A stretch of DNA of 63,614 bases, counting the filler, from Sphacelaria rigidula (lineage: Eukaryota), in the NCBI GenBank assembly GCA_964200075.2. It is 6 parts of 6 records of this genome, joined end to end, with 100 filler letters (N's around TTAATTAATTAA, not from the genome) between each part and the next. Parts side by side here need not be neighbours in the genome. Positions count along the whole stretch, not along the records: positions 31,861 to 42,378 come from CAXNAA020006349.1; positions 42,479 to 52,996 come from CAXNAA020006350.1; 4 more parts are not named here. One strand, 5' to 3'. Positions 36,261 to 48,016 of the stretch are shown here, in pieces. Under the pieces are notes generated by a model, which was not told where the DNA came from, did not search any database, and saw nothing but the letters and a program-made list of their open reading frames with translations. Made by a program: the position numbers and the translations under genes. Every line of letters starts with the position of its first letter. The stretch's first letter is position 1.

Positions 36261-36561
36261 TGGTCTACGTTGTTGGAAAAACACGTGCTTCATCTCATGA
36301 AGCAAATTTCTGTTGGGGCCCAAGATGACTTGCGAGAAGCGGTGAAACAGAGGCTATCGGCGAGGGGTGCGAGCGGCAACCCGGGAACAGGAGCAGGAGA
36401 TGGCAGTGACGAGTTGAACCAGGAGGGGGTGCTGGAGAAGAACTTGGGCGTTCCAATGGTAGTGGTCGGGTGCAAGGCGGACTCTCTTCAAAGCGAGACG
36501 TTTGAGCAGCAGCAGAGGCTGCACTTCATCCAGCAAAGCATTCGGCGTTTCTGTCTCAAAT
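36261..36561 (+). CDS. DYNC1LI: Dynein-1 LIC exon 2 (WSTLLEKHV...NLGVPMVVVGCKAD...HFIQQSIRRFCLK)
   Basis: NLGVP.VVV..K.D and FIQ..IR.FCL motifs; CAG / GT sites. Confidence 0.93.
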
Positions 36562-37000
36562 GTGAGACGACTTGAGCATAGCAGCACGGTGATTGATTGG
36601 TGTTGCTACGTGGTTCGAAGCAGTGGTCACGAGCAGGTCGGGGGTTTCTAGCGGAGTACAGTGGCTTGTCACACTTGCAGTTGATATATGTTTCCTCCGA
36701 CGCAAACACCTCGCGGGTCGAAACATATCAAAACGCTGGAAAATATCTGGTTGAGACTGTTTGCTCGAACCATATGACGGACGTGAACAGGTTGCGGTGA
36801 TAAGTCGTCGGTGACCCATTGCTGAGTTCTGAAATCGATCGTGATTGGGCGATTTGTTGCTCCATTCGCTACGCTAAAAACAAGTCTCTCTCTGCACTTC
36901 AGATTTGTGGTACGCTCGTAACTTACAGCACAAGTTCTCGCGTGCGCACTTTACTTGCGGTGGCAATGGGCGCAAAACTACGTTGCGACTACAAATGCAG

Positions 37001-37116
37001 ATGGAGCAGCGCTGGTATACACGTCGGCGAAAGATGGGGTGAACTGCGGGCTGCTGCACCGATACCTGCTCAGCTGCATCTATCCCGAAGCGTTCCCGTG
37101 TAACGAGGAGGGGCAG
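37001..37116 (+). CDS. DYNC1LI: Dynein-1 LIC exon 3 (YGAALVYTSAKDGVNCGLLHRYLL...EEGQ)
   Basis: YGAAL.YTS motif; phase-compatible canonical sites. Confidence 0.93.
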
Positions 37117-37541
37117 GTACGCTGATCTCTCGTTCGTGCAGCTCTTGCGGGATGTGCTTGTCTGATTTCGATGACCGTCGAGGTTTTCGTTTGTTTCCTA
37201 GACAACATTCTCCCGTTTGTCGGAGTGCGAAGTAGTAGCTACTTGCTGTGGGCTTTCGCGCCGCGAAGCGCGTGCTCCTTGTCAACGTGATTTGGCGATA
37301 TTTTGAGGCGTCGAATACGTCTCCTACATAGCACTACCGTACGTTTTCGACTTTCGTCGTCTACTCCATGTGCTTGCCTTGACACAGTCGTATATCCATC
37401 TTGAATTTGGAGGAGGTTTGCTAGCATGTTTTCTGGTCTTGAGGTACCGCTGGAGTTTTTCCTTCCCGTAAAGCTGTTGTTCGTGATGTGGCAAAACAAG
37501 CTAAAGTACCCTGCGCGTTTTTTTTGACCGAAATAATACAG

Positions 37542-37880
37542 ACAACCGATGCCGCTTTTATCCCAGCGGGTTGGGACTCAAAGTCTCTGATCGACGGCCT
37601 GTTATCGCCGGACAAGACACCCTGGGGCCCCAACGCTGCTTTTGAAGATGTGGTAGCTCCGCCGGCGCATGCACTGAGGGGAGCGAATGGTGGCATCAGA
37701 GTCGGCGCTGACGGGACGAGAACGAAGGGATCAGGAATCGGTGGCAGCGGGGGTTCAGCGCTTGATGAATCTGTGGAGACGGTGGAGTCGGAGGAGGCTT
37801 GGCTTAATCGCCTTGGGAAGCAGATGGCCGGGGGATCTCGGTGGCCGTCGGCATTAGCGAAGGCTAAGGAAGTGGTCAAG
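37542..37880 (+). CDS. DYNC1LI: Dynein-1 LIC exon 4 (TTDAAFIPAGWDSKSLI...ESEEAWLNRLGKQ...VVK)
   Basis: FIPAGWD motif and a helix-1-like EEAWL segment. The 3' boundary (AAG|GTTTCG) is less certain. Confidence 0.85.
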
Positions 37881-38118
37881 GTTTCGAAGGCGCGTGACAA
37901 TCCCGTGACAGTCTTTTAGATTTATGAGCTTTGACCCTGTAGTCGATGGACTTGGTTGTGTAGTGTGGCAGTCACCCTTCGTTAGAAGCTCATGCGATTC
38001 CTACTCTCGTTGACCCTCTTACCCCTCTACCCTGCCCCCCCTTCGCCACCACGAATTTCTCGTGACAACATGCGACCGGCCGGTATTTGACAAACCACCA
38101 ATGCTGAGCGGTCATCAG

Positions 38119-38211
38119 TCCCCCCGAACAGCCGCGGGAAACGTTCCGGACCCTCACAGCTTCTTCGCCAACTTGCTTGCAAGCGGGAGCAGCACTGTGT
38201 CCCCTCCGAAG
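38119..38211 (+). CDS. DYNC1LI: Dynein-1 LIC exon 5 (SPRTAAGNVPDPHSFFANLLASGSSTVSPPK)
   Basis: FFANLL matches the conserved C-terminal adaptor-binding helix FF.SLL. CAG / GT sites; 93 nt. Confidence 0.8.
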
Positions 38212-38414
38212 GTATTTCGTAATCAAAGTTACGTTGTCTTTGCTTTCGAGAGTCGGAACTGTGGCCTAATCGTGTCCTCTTTGGTTGACGAGCATTTTCT
38301 CCCAGATCACCAGTTGGCCGCCGTGTTTGAAATTAAAGTCTGGTTGGCTGACCTCGCACTCTTTCCCGTATTCGCTCTGATTCCTACCCTTCGCACTCCG
38401 GCTGTTGCGTTCAG

Positions 38415-38438
38415 CAGCCTCAACAGCGGAAGAAATAA
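38415..38438 (+). CDS. DYNC1LI: Dynein-1 LIC probable terminal micro-exon (QPQQRKK*)
   Basis: Pyrimidine-rich tract then TTCAG|CAG, phase 0, TAA stop. Confidence 0.55.
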   Translation, partial: QPQQRKK

Positions 38439-39868
38439 GCTATATCAGAACGGGATGGAGCCGTTGGTTTTTAACGGGAGATATCTCAAGTGGCGTCAGA
38501 ACGGTTTGACTTTACGCCGTTGGAAGTTCCGGACCGTGTCGAGGTTTTGGGTTCGTGGTCGAAGTCGCTAGTTACCACTCCTTGGATTGTTTATGCGGTC
38601 AATGTTGACGTTTGTAGCTCCCTCAGTCGTGGTTCCCACCATGTACGGTATTATATGTGGGCTCGGATCGGGGTAGAGAATGGATGGGATTTTGCGTCGC
38701 AGACTAGCGTAGCCAGCCCGAAATCCGACAGCGCAGCGGCTGTCGGTGTTGCTCCGCATGGTTCTATCCTCTTGAGAGTGTCTGATGGTCGAATGCTATC
38801 GAGCGAGGCTGATGCACAAGAGCTTATTGTAAGCGTCTGGCCGCATATATAAGCTGCTTCGGGGTGGGCTGATGCTGGGTGTCCCCGAACGATGCTTACT
38901 AAGGAATCAAAGTATATGTTTCCCCGTTCTGTACCATATGACCCATGCCGCCTGCTTCAGATGGGATGACGCTATACACGTCGATGCATGTTTGCCCTGA
39001 GGCGGTGGCCGTATATCCTGTAGAGCACACTGCTCCGCGTCGGCAGGAAAGCTGTTCCCTCATCACCTCAGATCGTACCAGGCAGATGACCGTACATGAT
39101 CGATCGGCAGTCAAATCAATACCTTACTTGTTTAACCCGTTTGCGCACAACGCAATTGTAATTCCTGTCCAGCCGTCATGTCGGGAGCGTGACTTTTCTT
39201 GTGGTACCAGTTCATCGCCGGATCGCGTGCGGAGAGGGTAGACGTGGATCGGCGACTGGCTAAAAACGGCCAAGAGCTCATGATGTCACCCAGTCGATAC
39301 CTTGCCCACAATGACAAACCCAACGACTATCCACGTTGCTCGGCACAGCATCAGCGGTACGAATGTAACCAATTGCACTTGTGTCCACAACGTTCAGATG
39401 ATGAGTTTGACAGCCACGAGAAAAACTCTGAATGTGCTACTGCCCTTGATATGTAACGGTCCTTGTGATAAGCGAGGTTTGCTATTTTCCCGAGATCTCT
39501 TTTTTATATCATCGCAAACACCCTGTCATTCCAGAACTGCGGTTCAAAGTCAGCATCGAGGGTGCCCTAGTATCTGTGGAGAGTTGCTGGATTCTTTTGT
39601 GGTGCACTGGACTCTCTGTGCAAAGGAAAATGGAAATGTGTCCATCCGACCCTCTTCACTCCTCAGGTCTGACCCTTGGCAATTTTTTATTTTATCCTGA
39701 CCTCTCCACCCCTAGCGTTTGCCCCCCTTAAGACAACGGCTACCGACAGCTGTCATGCAAGCGCTTGGCCTAGCCAAACCCCATCCATTCGGGTGGCGTG
39801 TGCGTCGACCTCTCACATTCCAATTTTCAAATTGGTTGTTGTCTCAGGCTATTCCAGATTCAGCATTA

Positions 39869-40220
39869 GGCTGCTTCTTTAAGACTGAAAAAAAATCTGT
39901 CTGAAAACTGCCCTTTTGAACCTTTCGTCACGGATTATTGGCGGAATACGGGCCTTGGAGGATTTGCCCTCCTCGGAATGATTTGCTCTATTTTCCACGA
40001 GGATTCCAGCACGCTTGTCCGATATTTCGTACTCCCAGTTTTTCTCTTGGCAGGATTCTGGATTTTTTCAGCCACCTGAAAAAACTCCGAGTTGTCGGCA
40101 AAAAGTCCTCGTGGAAAATAGAGCAAATCTTTCCGAGGAGGCCAAAGCCGCCAAGGCCCGTATTCCGCCAATAATCCGTGATGAAAGGTTCAAAAGGGCA
40201 GTTTTCAGACAGATTTTTTC
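39869..40220. mobile_element. Harbinger-like fold-back element lacking its right tip, flanked by a 50-bp direct repeat
   Basis: Arms GAAAAAAATCTGTCTGAAAACTGCCCTTTTGAACCTTTC...CCACGAGGA / TCCTCGTGG...GTTTTCAGACAGATTTTTTC. Begins TTA|GGCTGC. Confidence 0.7.
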
Positions 40221-41258
40221 CCCAATTTTCCAATTGGTTGTTGTCTCAGGCTATTCCAGCTTCGGCATTAGATTTCTGTGACAGGAAACACTCTCATTTT
40301 TTCGGAATACTTTTGGAAGAACGAGCAGAACTTGAAAAAAAACTGGTCGAACCATGACGCCATTATATGGAGTACAGTGTAGTACACTCAAAACAATATA
40401 CTTTTGCAGCGGTGTATGGAGTACAGACTACTACAGTCAACACACAACAACACAGCAGTTCTGCAGCATCACGAGAAATCACGCGCCGTTCTAATCGCGT
40501 TCCGCACGAGAAGGAGAAGAAGCAACAGCAGCAGTATCAGCAGCATCTTTACTGCCAGTAGATGTACGCGGCTGGGGGTGGGTCTAAATCAGCCGGTGCC
40601 CATTCATGTGTGTGTCAGCGCTGTCCAGCACGGTGGCTATCACTCGTACGTCACTGCAGTTACGTTGGTGTATAGCGGCCACAACAGCTGCTGTTCGTGC
40701 TCTTGTCTTATTATCTTCGCGATGACGATAAACGTGGGGTGGCAGCGATGACGATAAACGTGGGGTGGCAGCTCGGAGCGTGTGCTTCCCGACTGGTACA
40801 GACAAAGGGAGGACACTCGCTAGTGCAAGAAGATTGTCCATCTACTGATGTGGAGCGAGCTTTCCGGAGGAATAAAATCACCTCAACACCGACCACTCCC
40901 GGACTTGAATAAATGCGCAAAAAGTATATCCACCTACGGGGACCCACATTTTTTTAATCACACCCATGGACAGATAGCACCCTGTGGGGCGCACTGTGCA
41001 GGGTCCGTGCAGGGTCCTCCACAGTCTTTGTGAAAAAACCCTGGCAGTGAAATGCAAAATCTGTACCCATCGCAGCGTTTTGATAGGATTTTCCCCAGGG
41101 TTGGATTTGCAGCCCTGTGTAGGCACGTCGGCAAAGCCCTGCACAGTCATGTGGTAGTGTTTTTCTTGAAAAAAACTCAATTTTTTTTTCGAAAATTCCA
41201 AATATTTAGGTACAAAATCTGTAAATGTATATAGCATCAATACCTTGTCCTCTTGTTC

Positions 41259-41760
41259 GAAGTAAATTCCTCTTCACCCGATTTGAATCGAGCGAAAGGG
41301 AATTTATTCTGGACAGCAGGACAAGCTAGATCCAAAACAGATCCTCTTCTCGCCCAATTTATATCGGCAAAAAAGAGGATTTATTTAGAAGGGCAGAAGA
41401 AGCTGTTCAAGATCGATCCTTTTTTCGCCCATTTTTGAGATGAGCGAAAAAAGGATCTATTTCAAACAGCTTCTTCTGTTGCGCAAATACCATGCACACT
41501 GGCAGATTCGGAATTTGAACAACAGAAGAAGCTCGGAATATAAGTATTTACTTTTCCCTCCAATTCCATCCAGGGATTGAGGGGAAAGAAATTAATATCG
41601 CGAGCAGCGTCAGCTGCTGGGCAAATTCCGCATACTGCATCGTCACCGGCGCATGAGATCCGACACGCCGAAAAAGTTGCTGAAATGTATTCATCCTTTT
41701 GCCCCCCAGTCCATGTGTACATAGGCCAAAAAAGGATGAAAAGCTCTCAACCACTTTCGC
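41259..41760. repeat. Array of five related stem-loops
   Basis: Repeated palindromic core ATCCT(C/T)TTT(C)GCCC...GGC(G)AAAAA(G)AGGAT, with variable loops and spacers. Confidence 0.6.
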
Positions 41761-42347
41761 TGAATAGAGATCCCGCACGGTGTATGCGTGTGTATGTACA
41801 CACTTGTGCTTCGTCTGAAGCCCTTGGGAAGGTGGGAAGATGCCAGATCGCCGGATATACCTCGACCATATATATACATTTTTCACAAAACCCCGTCTTC
41901 CGTCCTCTACCAACACGAAACACGAACCATGTTTAGAAAATATCACTTAATCAATCGTATATGAATAGTATATGTAGACCATCACGCCGTATATTTATCA
42001 CCGCACACAAATCGAACACCAATAAACACATATACCCGCCCGCGCACAACATTATCATTATACTTTTCCGCCCATGCAGCTATACCACGACAACCCCGCA
42101 GCAAAGAGCATGGGTTGGGCACAGGGATATATATAGACACATATACACACTGCCGTGCGGGTGGATATGATGTATTTCTCGTTGATGAAAACTTGAGCAC
42201 CTTCTTTCATGGCGGTCGCGACATCGCGCGCGGCGACGACATACGCGGGCGGGTGCGTGTATATATAGGCGGGTGCGAGGAACAACATCAACCGGACGCC
42301 TATTTTATGCATAGCACGCAGATATCGGAACGGTTTTTAATGTGAAG

Positions 42348-42378
<31 letters not shown>

Positions 42379-42478
42379 NNNNNNNNNNNNNNNNNNNNNN
42401 NNNNNNNNNNNNNNNNNNNNNNTTAATTAATTAANNNNNNNNNNNNNNNNNNNNNNNNNNNNNNNNNNNNNNNNNNNN
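42379..42478. other. Artificial contig linker, preceded by a (CAA)n microsatellite at 42349-42378
   Basis: N44-TTAATTAATTAA-N44. Confidence 0.98.
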
Positions 42479-42495
42479 CGATTCGGGCTTAACGC

Positions 42496-42682
42496 CACCA
42501 CCCGCGACATCGTCGCCGCCCTCTTTGAAACAATCCCCCGACACAACACGGGACGGGGAGGGGCGGCGCACCCCAGTCGATGCGGGCCCAATACAACCAC
42601 CCGCGACATCGTCGCCGCCCTCTTTGAAAATCATCTGTCACAACACTGGACGGGGAGGGGCGGCGCACCCCAGCCGATGCGA
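42496..42682. repeat. Tandem repeat of about 100 bp, two units, at contig start
   Basis: ACCACCCGCGACATCGTCGCCGCCCTCTTTGAAA...GGACGGGGAGGGGCGGCGCACCCCAG.CGATGCG occurs twice. Confidence 0.85.
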
Positions 42683-43234
42683 GCATGCGGTTAACAAAGG
42701 GCTTTCCCGGACGTGAAATAAACGAGACGTGCAGCAGAAAACCAGTCAACGACGAAATGTCTCTCTCTCATACACCCTCGCTATTACAACCATGCCTTTG
42801 CAATTTGTTGCTGTTTGCTGTGAGGGAGTCAGCATCAATCACCAAACCCAGTACTTCCAATCGTGTATTGTATCCAAGGCCGACAGTTTGCTTTTTGCAT
42901 CAAACAAGGCTCGCTCAGAGAACGAACATGCCCATAAAATAAGGGTCTCGCCCCAAACATCATTCGCCGTCTGGGAAAAAAACTTCCATCAGTATACCGT
43001 CATCAACATAGATGCACATGCAAGAGGGATGACTAACCCTGCCGCCACCCTAACTGCCTTACCGTTCACGGACAGAGTGGCAATGCGCCCCTGTCGCCGC
43101 CGTGCTATCTTGACAGACTGAGCTGCACGGCGGCCGATGTCTGTCACCGCATGCGCGGAAAAAAGAAGGGATGCTGGTGTACGAATATTCGAAGGCAGCC
43201 GTCATCAAGCCGTGAAGTCCGGGACTGCTGCCAG

Positions 43235-43585
43235 TTGATTTGATTTGGTTCGATTGCCGCAAATTAAACGACCCCCCAAGAATTGATTTGATTTGATTTG
43301 ATTTCCGCAAATGAACCGACCCCCCAAGATTTGATCCGATTTGATTTGATAGCCGCAAATTAACCGACCCCCCAAGGATCCAACGGCGGTTACATGATAG
43401 ATGTACCCGAGACAAAACAACTGAAACACTTGCTGAAGAAAATAGGGGGAACAGAAAAGGTAGGACAGAACAACAGAGGAGACTTGAACAGCTGCGCCAC
43501 CCGAATTCTAAACACAGGTAGCCACAACCACAGAGGAGACTGAAACAGCTGCGCCACCCGAATTCCAAACACAGGTAGCTACAGC
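43235..43585. repeat. Two minisatellite blocks (about 48 bp x3 and about 57 bp x2)
   Basis: TTGATTTG...CCGCAAAT.AA.CGACCCCCCAAG occurs three times. ACAGAGGAGACT.GAACAGCTGCGCCACCCGAATTC.AAACACAGGTAGC occurs twice. Confidence 0.8.
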
Positions 43586-45419
43586 CATATCCCCGAATGC
43601 ACAGCCGAAATACGCGGCGCGTGCCGAGTCCACAGCACCTGGCGAAAACGCCCCTTTGACATCAAGTACAGTATACTAATCACAGTGCGCGCTGAGGGGC
43701 CAAATTTTACCGCAAGGACACAATAAGTAGCAGGACTTCGTACAATTCCCGCCTATCTCACAAGGTAGTGCCTGTAGAAATTCGGGGTCCGCGTCAACGC
43801 TCGTGTGCGGCGATGAACCAGGGAAAAGGTGAGATCATAAATGATACGAAATATGTGGTGCACTACAACCCCCAATATGGAGACACGGAAATTTGTAATA
43901 TCCAAGACACGCCTCACGTCAAACGCCAGCACGAATGCCTCATTCAGGCGCACACGCCATCATATGATCCACACGTGCCATGACATCATTGGGTACCCCC
44001 CGTTGTGACACACACACCAATAGACACATTCGAGGAAACCTCTTCTAGTCGCGGAACTATGGACGGGTGCTTTGCACATCCACCTGAGACCCAAATAAGT
44101 CCCTCCCTATACGGACGGGTGACAACCATCCCGACATCACCGTCACACATACGCAACAAGGTAGCCTGGTGAGGTGCGGGACAGCCGGTATTCCACAGTC
44201 AGGATACGAAATTGTCTTTTCATACCTCTTAAACACCCCGGCAACGCCGAAACCACCATCGACACGTACATCCAACATACCAGAATATAGGTGAGTCATG
44301 GAACCAGGCATCAGCAGCTCTCTGTTGTGGCGATTGCCTTTGCTGCCGCCCCTGAGCGCCACGCGCCACCTCCAGCGGGAACGAGAGCGGTACGACCGGC
44401 GAACCGGACTTGCAGTGTCCATTATCATCCCAATCAGTACCTGCAACTTAGCCCTGTCGTCCTGGACCTGCAAATTCGTCGTGCCGCGTTAGCGCCCGGC
44501 TAGCGCACCAGGCTACTCTTGTCGTGCAGCCGGCCTGCCTGACGGCACCACGGCCGGACGGCGGAGCTACGCCGGTGCCACATCATGATATACATGCGAC
44601 CTGCTGTAGCCGCTGGTGTAATAGAGCCAGCGCCGGGAGGCCAGCCGGTTCAACACTTCTCGGTTCAAAACGTCCTTCACCAGACGAACTGCCGCAATGT
44701 TCGCGAGCTGCATCACTGCATCGCCAAGCTTTCTTCACCTGCATTGGTATCGTCCAGTTAAGTCTCGGTCCGACCGACGCGACTGCCCACGTTGTCCAAA
44801 AGTCGTTCAATTCAACCTGCTTATCCAACGCAATTGTCCCACTGCTGTAACCTCGGTTCGACTCGACACGATCCGCCTTGCTGGCAAAGAACTGCAAAAG
44901 CCTGGAACTGACGCAGAACTATCCCCGTGTATCAACTCCATGAACGTAGATGTGGGATCCTTATAGGAGGGTAGACTTGGGGATGTGTCGACTCTCTCCT
45001 TCTAACCTTGTGTTTGCCATGTCCGCCCGCCCCGGCGGCCTGATTTGGTGATTCGGTGATGCCGTCCTGATTTGGTGATTTGGTGACGCCGCTCGTAAAA
45101 ATCTCAGACAACATCGATTCGCGATGCTGTCACCAACTGATGGTCGCACCACACCCGTCTCCCGGATCTCATAAACCTCGACTTCAACCCAGACACCAAT
45201 ATTGTCGCTTCATCGTGGATGCACTTGCCCTTGTACCTTACTGCTTCTCCCACACTGAACTGACTCACTGGGTTCATCACACAGGCAATCTTGCATGTCA
45301 ATGTGTTCTGAAATGTCTTCTAGATACTGCAACCACTATAAACATCTGGGGAAATTCCTCCCGCTTCTGCACAAAACATCGATTCTTCCCTAACACAGAA
45401 TCGAGCCTTTTGCGAGCGA

Positions 45420-47283
45420 GAAAAGTACACTTATGCGCAGCGACGAACATACCAACACTCTCCAAGCGGCCAAGAACTTCGTCAAGCAAAGCTAACAGTG
45501 CTTCTTCGGTTTCAGCAAATTAGAAAACGTCATCCACCCACACTTTACAGTGTAGACCTCGCAATATGTCAGTCAACCTTGGAAATACGCCGTGGCGTTC
45601 AGCACGCCCTGCGGGACACAAGTAAGCGTGAACAAATCAGCAGGCGTGACGATTGTGAAGATATCCTGAGCCTCCCGCGCCAGAGGCATCTGCCAATACC
45701 CCTGTAGTAGATCCAACTTACCGAAGCATTGGGCTGCCAGCAACTCCCGCATTTCTTCGCTTGGCATCACCCCCGGAGACTATTCCACTTGCGCGTTCAC
45801 CGCCTGATAGTCGCTGACCAAACGGAATGTATCCCTTTTCGGCACCGCCATCGCCGGACTCGCCCACACAGCCTGGATGTTCCTCACCACTAACTCAAAC
45901 GCCACCAAAGCTGCGGTACATGAGGCAAGCCACCCAGTCTTCACCGGATCGTACCGCCTGGGCTTGGCCTTCACCGCATTTGCCTGGGGCTTAAGCTGCA
46001 CCCTCATGGGCTCAACGCGCGCTGGCGGATCACCACGCAGCGCGCGGCGCAATGTATCTACGCGACGAACCAAAACATCACGCAGACACTGTGCACCATC
46101 GGCGCTCAGGCTCTTCTGCCCGGCCTGCTACACGCTATCCTCAAGCGCACGTTTTCTTGTACCTCTTTCCTCCGCTGGGTCCAAAAACATGTCGGACCCC
46201 CGATCGACCAAGCGCTCCACCGCTTCATCTGCAGGAGCCTCCTCCTCATTGGCGCTGTGGAATGACCATATGTTTACGATCACACGCCTTGCAGCAAGAT
46301 AAGTGGGATTATCCACGCCGGTTTGCACCGGCACAGCACGCGAACGTAACTTCTCCAACGCCAGCGGATACAAATCAATCCCGAGCTCCTTCATCGTCGC
46401 CATCCCGAATAGAACCACGTTGTCCCTACCGGGCATGCCAGCGAAAGTAATGAGCTGCAACTCCACGTCATTCCACGACGTACGCACGCTAACAGTAATC
46501 GGCACCGTTGTATGTATAACCATCACGGCAGCACCCGTGGCGGTCTGCGCCGTTTGCGGTCCGTTTTCGAACGAAATCTGAAGCTGAGCGCCATCAAACT
46601 GCGAAGACATTTACTGAAGTCACCCCACACCGATTGTCGTGAGCGCGAACCCAAAATCCAGATTAGCGCGGGCCATGAACGAACCTACAGAACCAGGCAA
46701 GGATAGATCTGCGCGTAAGTATTCAGCCTTGCGACCGACAGGTACCACGCTTGCCGAAGAACCCTGTTCGGTGCCAAGAGTCACCTAACGCCAGGGCTGC
46801 CCTCCAGCACTTGGCATCGATAGATGGCGCGTGTCGGTCCAACCAGACCAAGTCGCCGAATACGCGAACGGCGTTGTTACAGCCGTCGCAGCAGTAGGAG
46901 ATGCACCAGATACGGATCCTGCCTGGCCGATGGGTTGCGAACTATTCGCTCCAGTACTCCCCACCGAAGTACGTGCATTTCCCATGTACCCTGTCCGCCC
47001 CGACACACGAACCATAAGATCCAGAGTCACCACCTGATGACGCAGTGGAAGAAACAGCAGCGGAGGAACCACCATCCGCCGCCGATTGCTTGCTACCGCG
47101 GCCGCCGCGCCCGTCCCTTGTTGGCACGGCCCCATCCACCGTGACGACCGCCCCGAGATCCTGATTAATCTCGCGCATTGCCCTGTGCAGCGCCTTGAGC
47201 GCGAGGCTTGCGGCAAGCCTTGATTATAAGTCCGGTGTCACCGCACTTGTAACACGCGCGAGTCGACGACGCTCGCGAAGACG

Positions 47284-47328
<45 letters not shown>

Positions 47329-48016
47329 CGCGGCGAGCATTACCTTCACTTGCCGCAGAATCGCGCCGGCTATGTGCCTCAATGAACTTCTACTGGTCTA
47401 CGACATCAAATATTGTTCTGAACACCACTCTCAGGTTATTTTTCCAGCCGTCAACATATGTTAATACACTTCTAACATACGCCTTGAATTCCGAAAGCGC
47501 AATCCCGTCCACTAGAGCTGTGGAAACCGACTCGGCCGGGCCTGGCAACCAACTCCTGTCCCGGTACATGGCTCGCACCGTCAGGTTTTCTGCGGAAAAC
47601 GTTTCCACCGATGAACTGATCATTATCGCACGATCTCTCACGGACTTTCCATCGCTTTGTGGCATAGTAAGAACTTTGCGTAGATCTGCTGCAGCCCGCG
47701 CAGCGTCATGCTGTCCGCCGGCTGTGGTGTACCCAGCATGCTGCTTCACAGCATCTAGCAATGCGTCGGGGGTCATAGCCCGACGGTCCTTGTACATATT
47801 TTTAAAACACCGATGAATGTATGTAGGGATGCATTGACCTATGCTCACCCTCTCATGCCTCACAGTTCCTTGAGCATTAGCGAGATTCAAACGTTGTATG
47901 TAGTCAAGATATGCCGCGAAAAACACGCGTGATGCCTGCTCTGTCCACACTTCGCCATACTTAGGCGGTTGTAACGGCCCACCTAACACTAGCGGTGCTG
48001 CCGCCGCTTGAGCCAT
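45420..48016 (-). mobile_element. Decayed Ty3/gypsy LTR retrotransposon: gag - protease - RT; RNase H and integrase not found
   Basis: Gag-like ORF 47390-48016 followed by poly-Q. Degenerate protease motif NLDFGFALTTIG near 46650. RT motifs WASPAMAVPK..FRLVSDYQAVN, KLDLLQGYWQ, VPQGVLNATAYFQ and WVDD near 45535. Multiple stops. No matching LTR pair seen. Confidence 0.9.
47390..48016 (-). CDS. gag: Gag-like ORF of the gypsy element (premature stop)
   Basis: 208-aa ATG-initiated ORF directly upstream of protease and RT on the same strand. Confidence 0.65.
   Translation of the reverse strand: MAQAAAAPLVLGGPLQPPKYGEVWTEQASRVFFAAYLDYIQRLNLANAQGTVRHERVSIGQCIPTYIHRCFKNMYKDRRAMTPDALLDAVKQHAGYTTAGGQHDAARAAADLRKVLTMPQSDGKSVRDRAIMISSSVETFSAENLTVRAMYRDRSWLPGPAESVSTALVDGIALSEFKAYVRSVLTYVDGWKNNLRVVFRTIFDVVDQ

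Noticed and set aside
11977..38438. Functional clustering of LIG1, the unknown acidic-tail gene and dynein LIC
   Set aside because: They are on different, artificially joined contigs.
39935..40174. Pair of near-identical ORFs on opposite strands (MAEYGPWR...)
   Set aside because: A trivial consequence of the DNA palindrome. The same applies to the ORF pairs at 3534-3941 and 31277-31730.
41259..41760. CRISPR array
   Set aside because: Repeats are highly variable in length and sequence, the context is eukaryotic, and there are no cas genes.
43768..43983. Helitron Rep fragment (DTKYVVHYNP resembles DNRWVVPYNP)
   Set aside because: Single short motif with no flanking Rep or helicase similarity.
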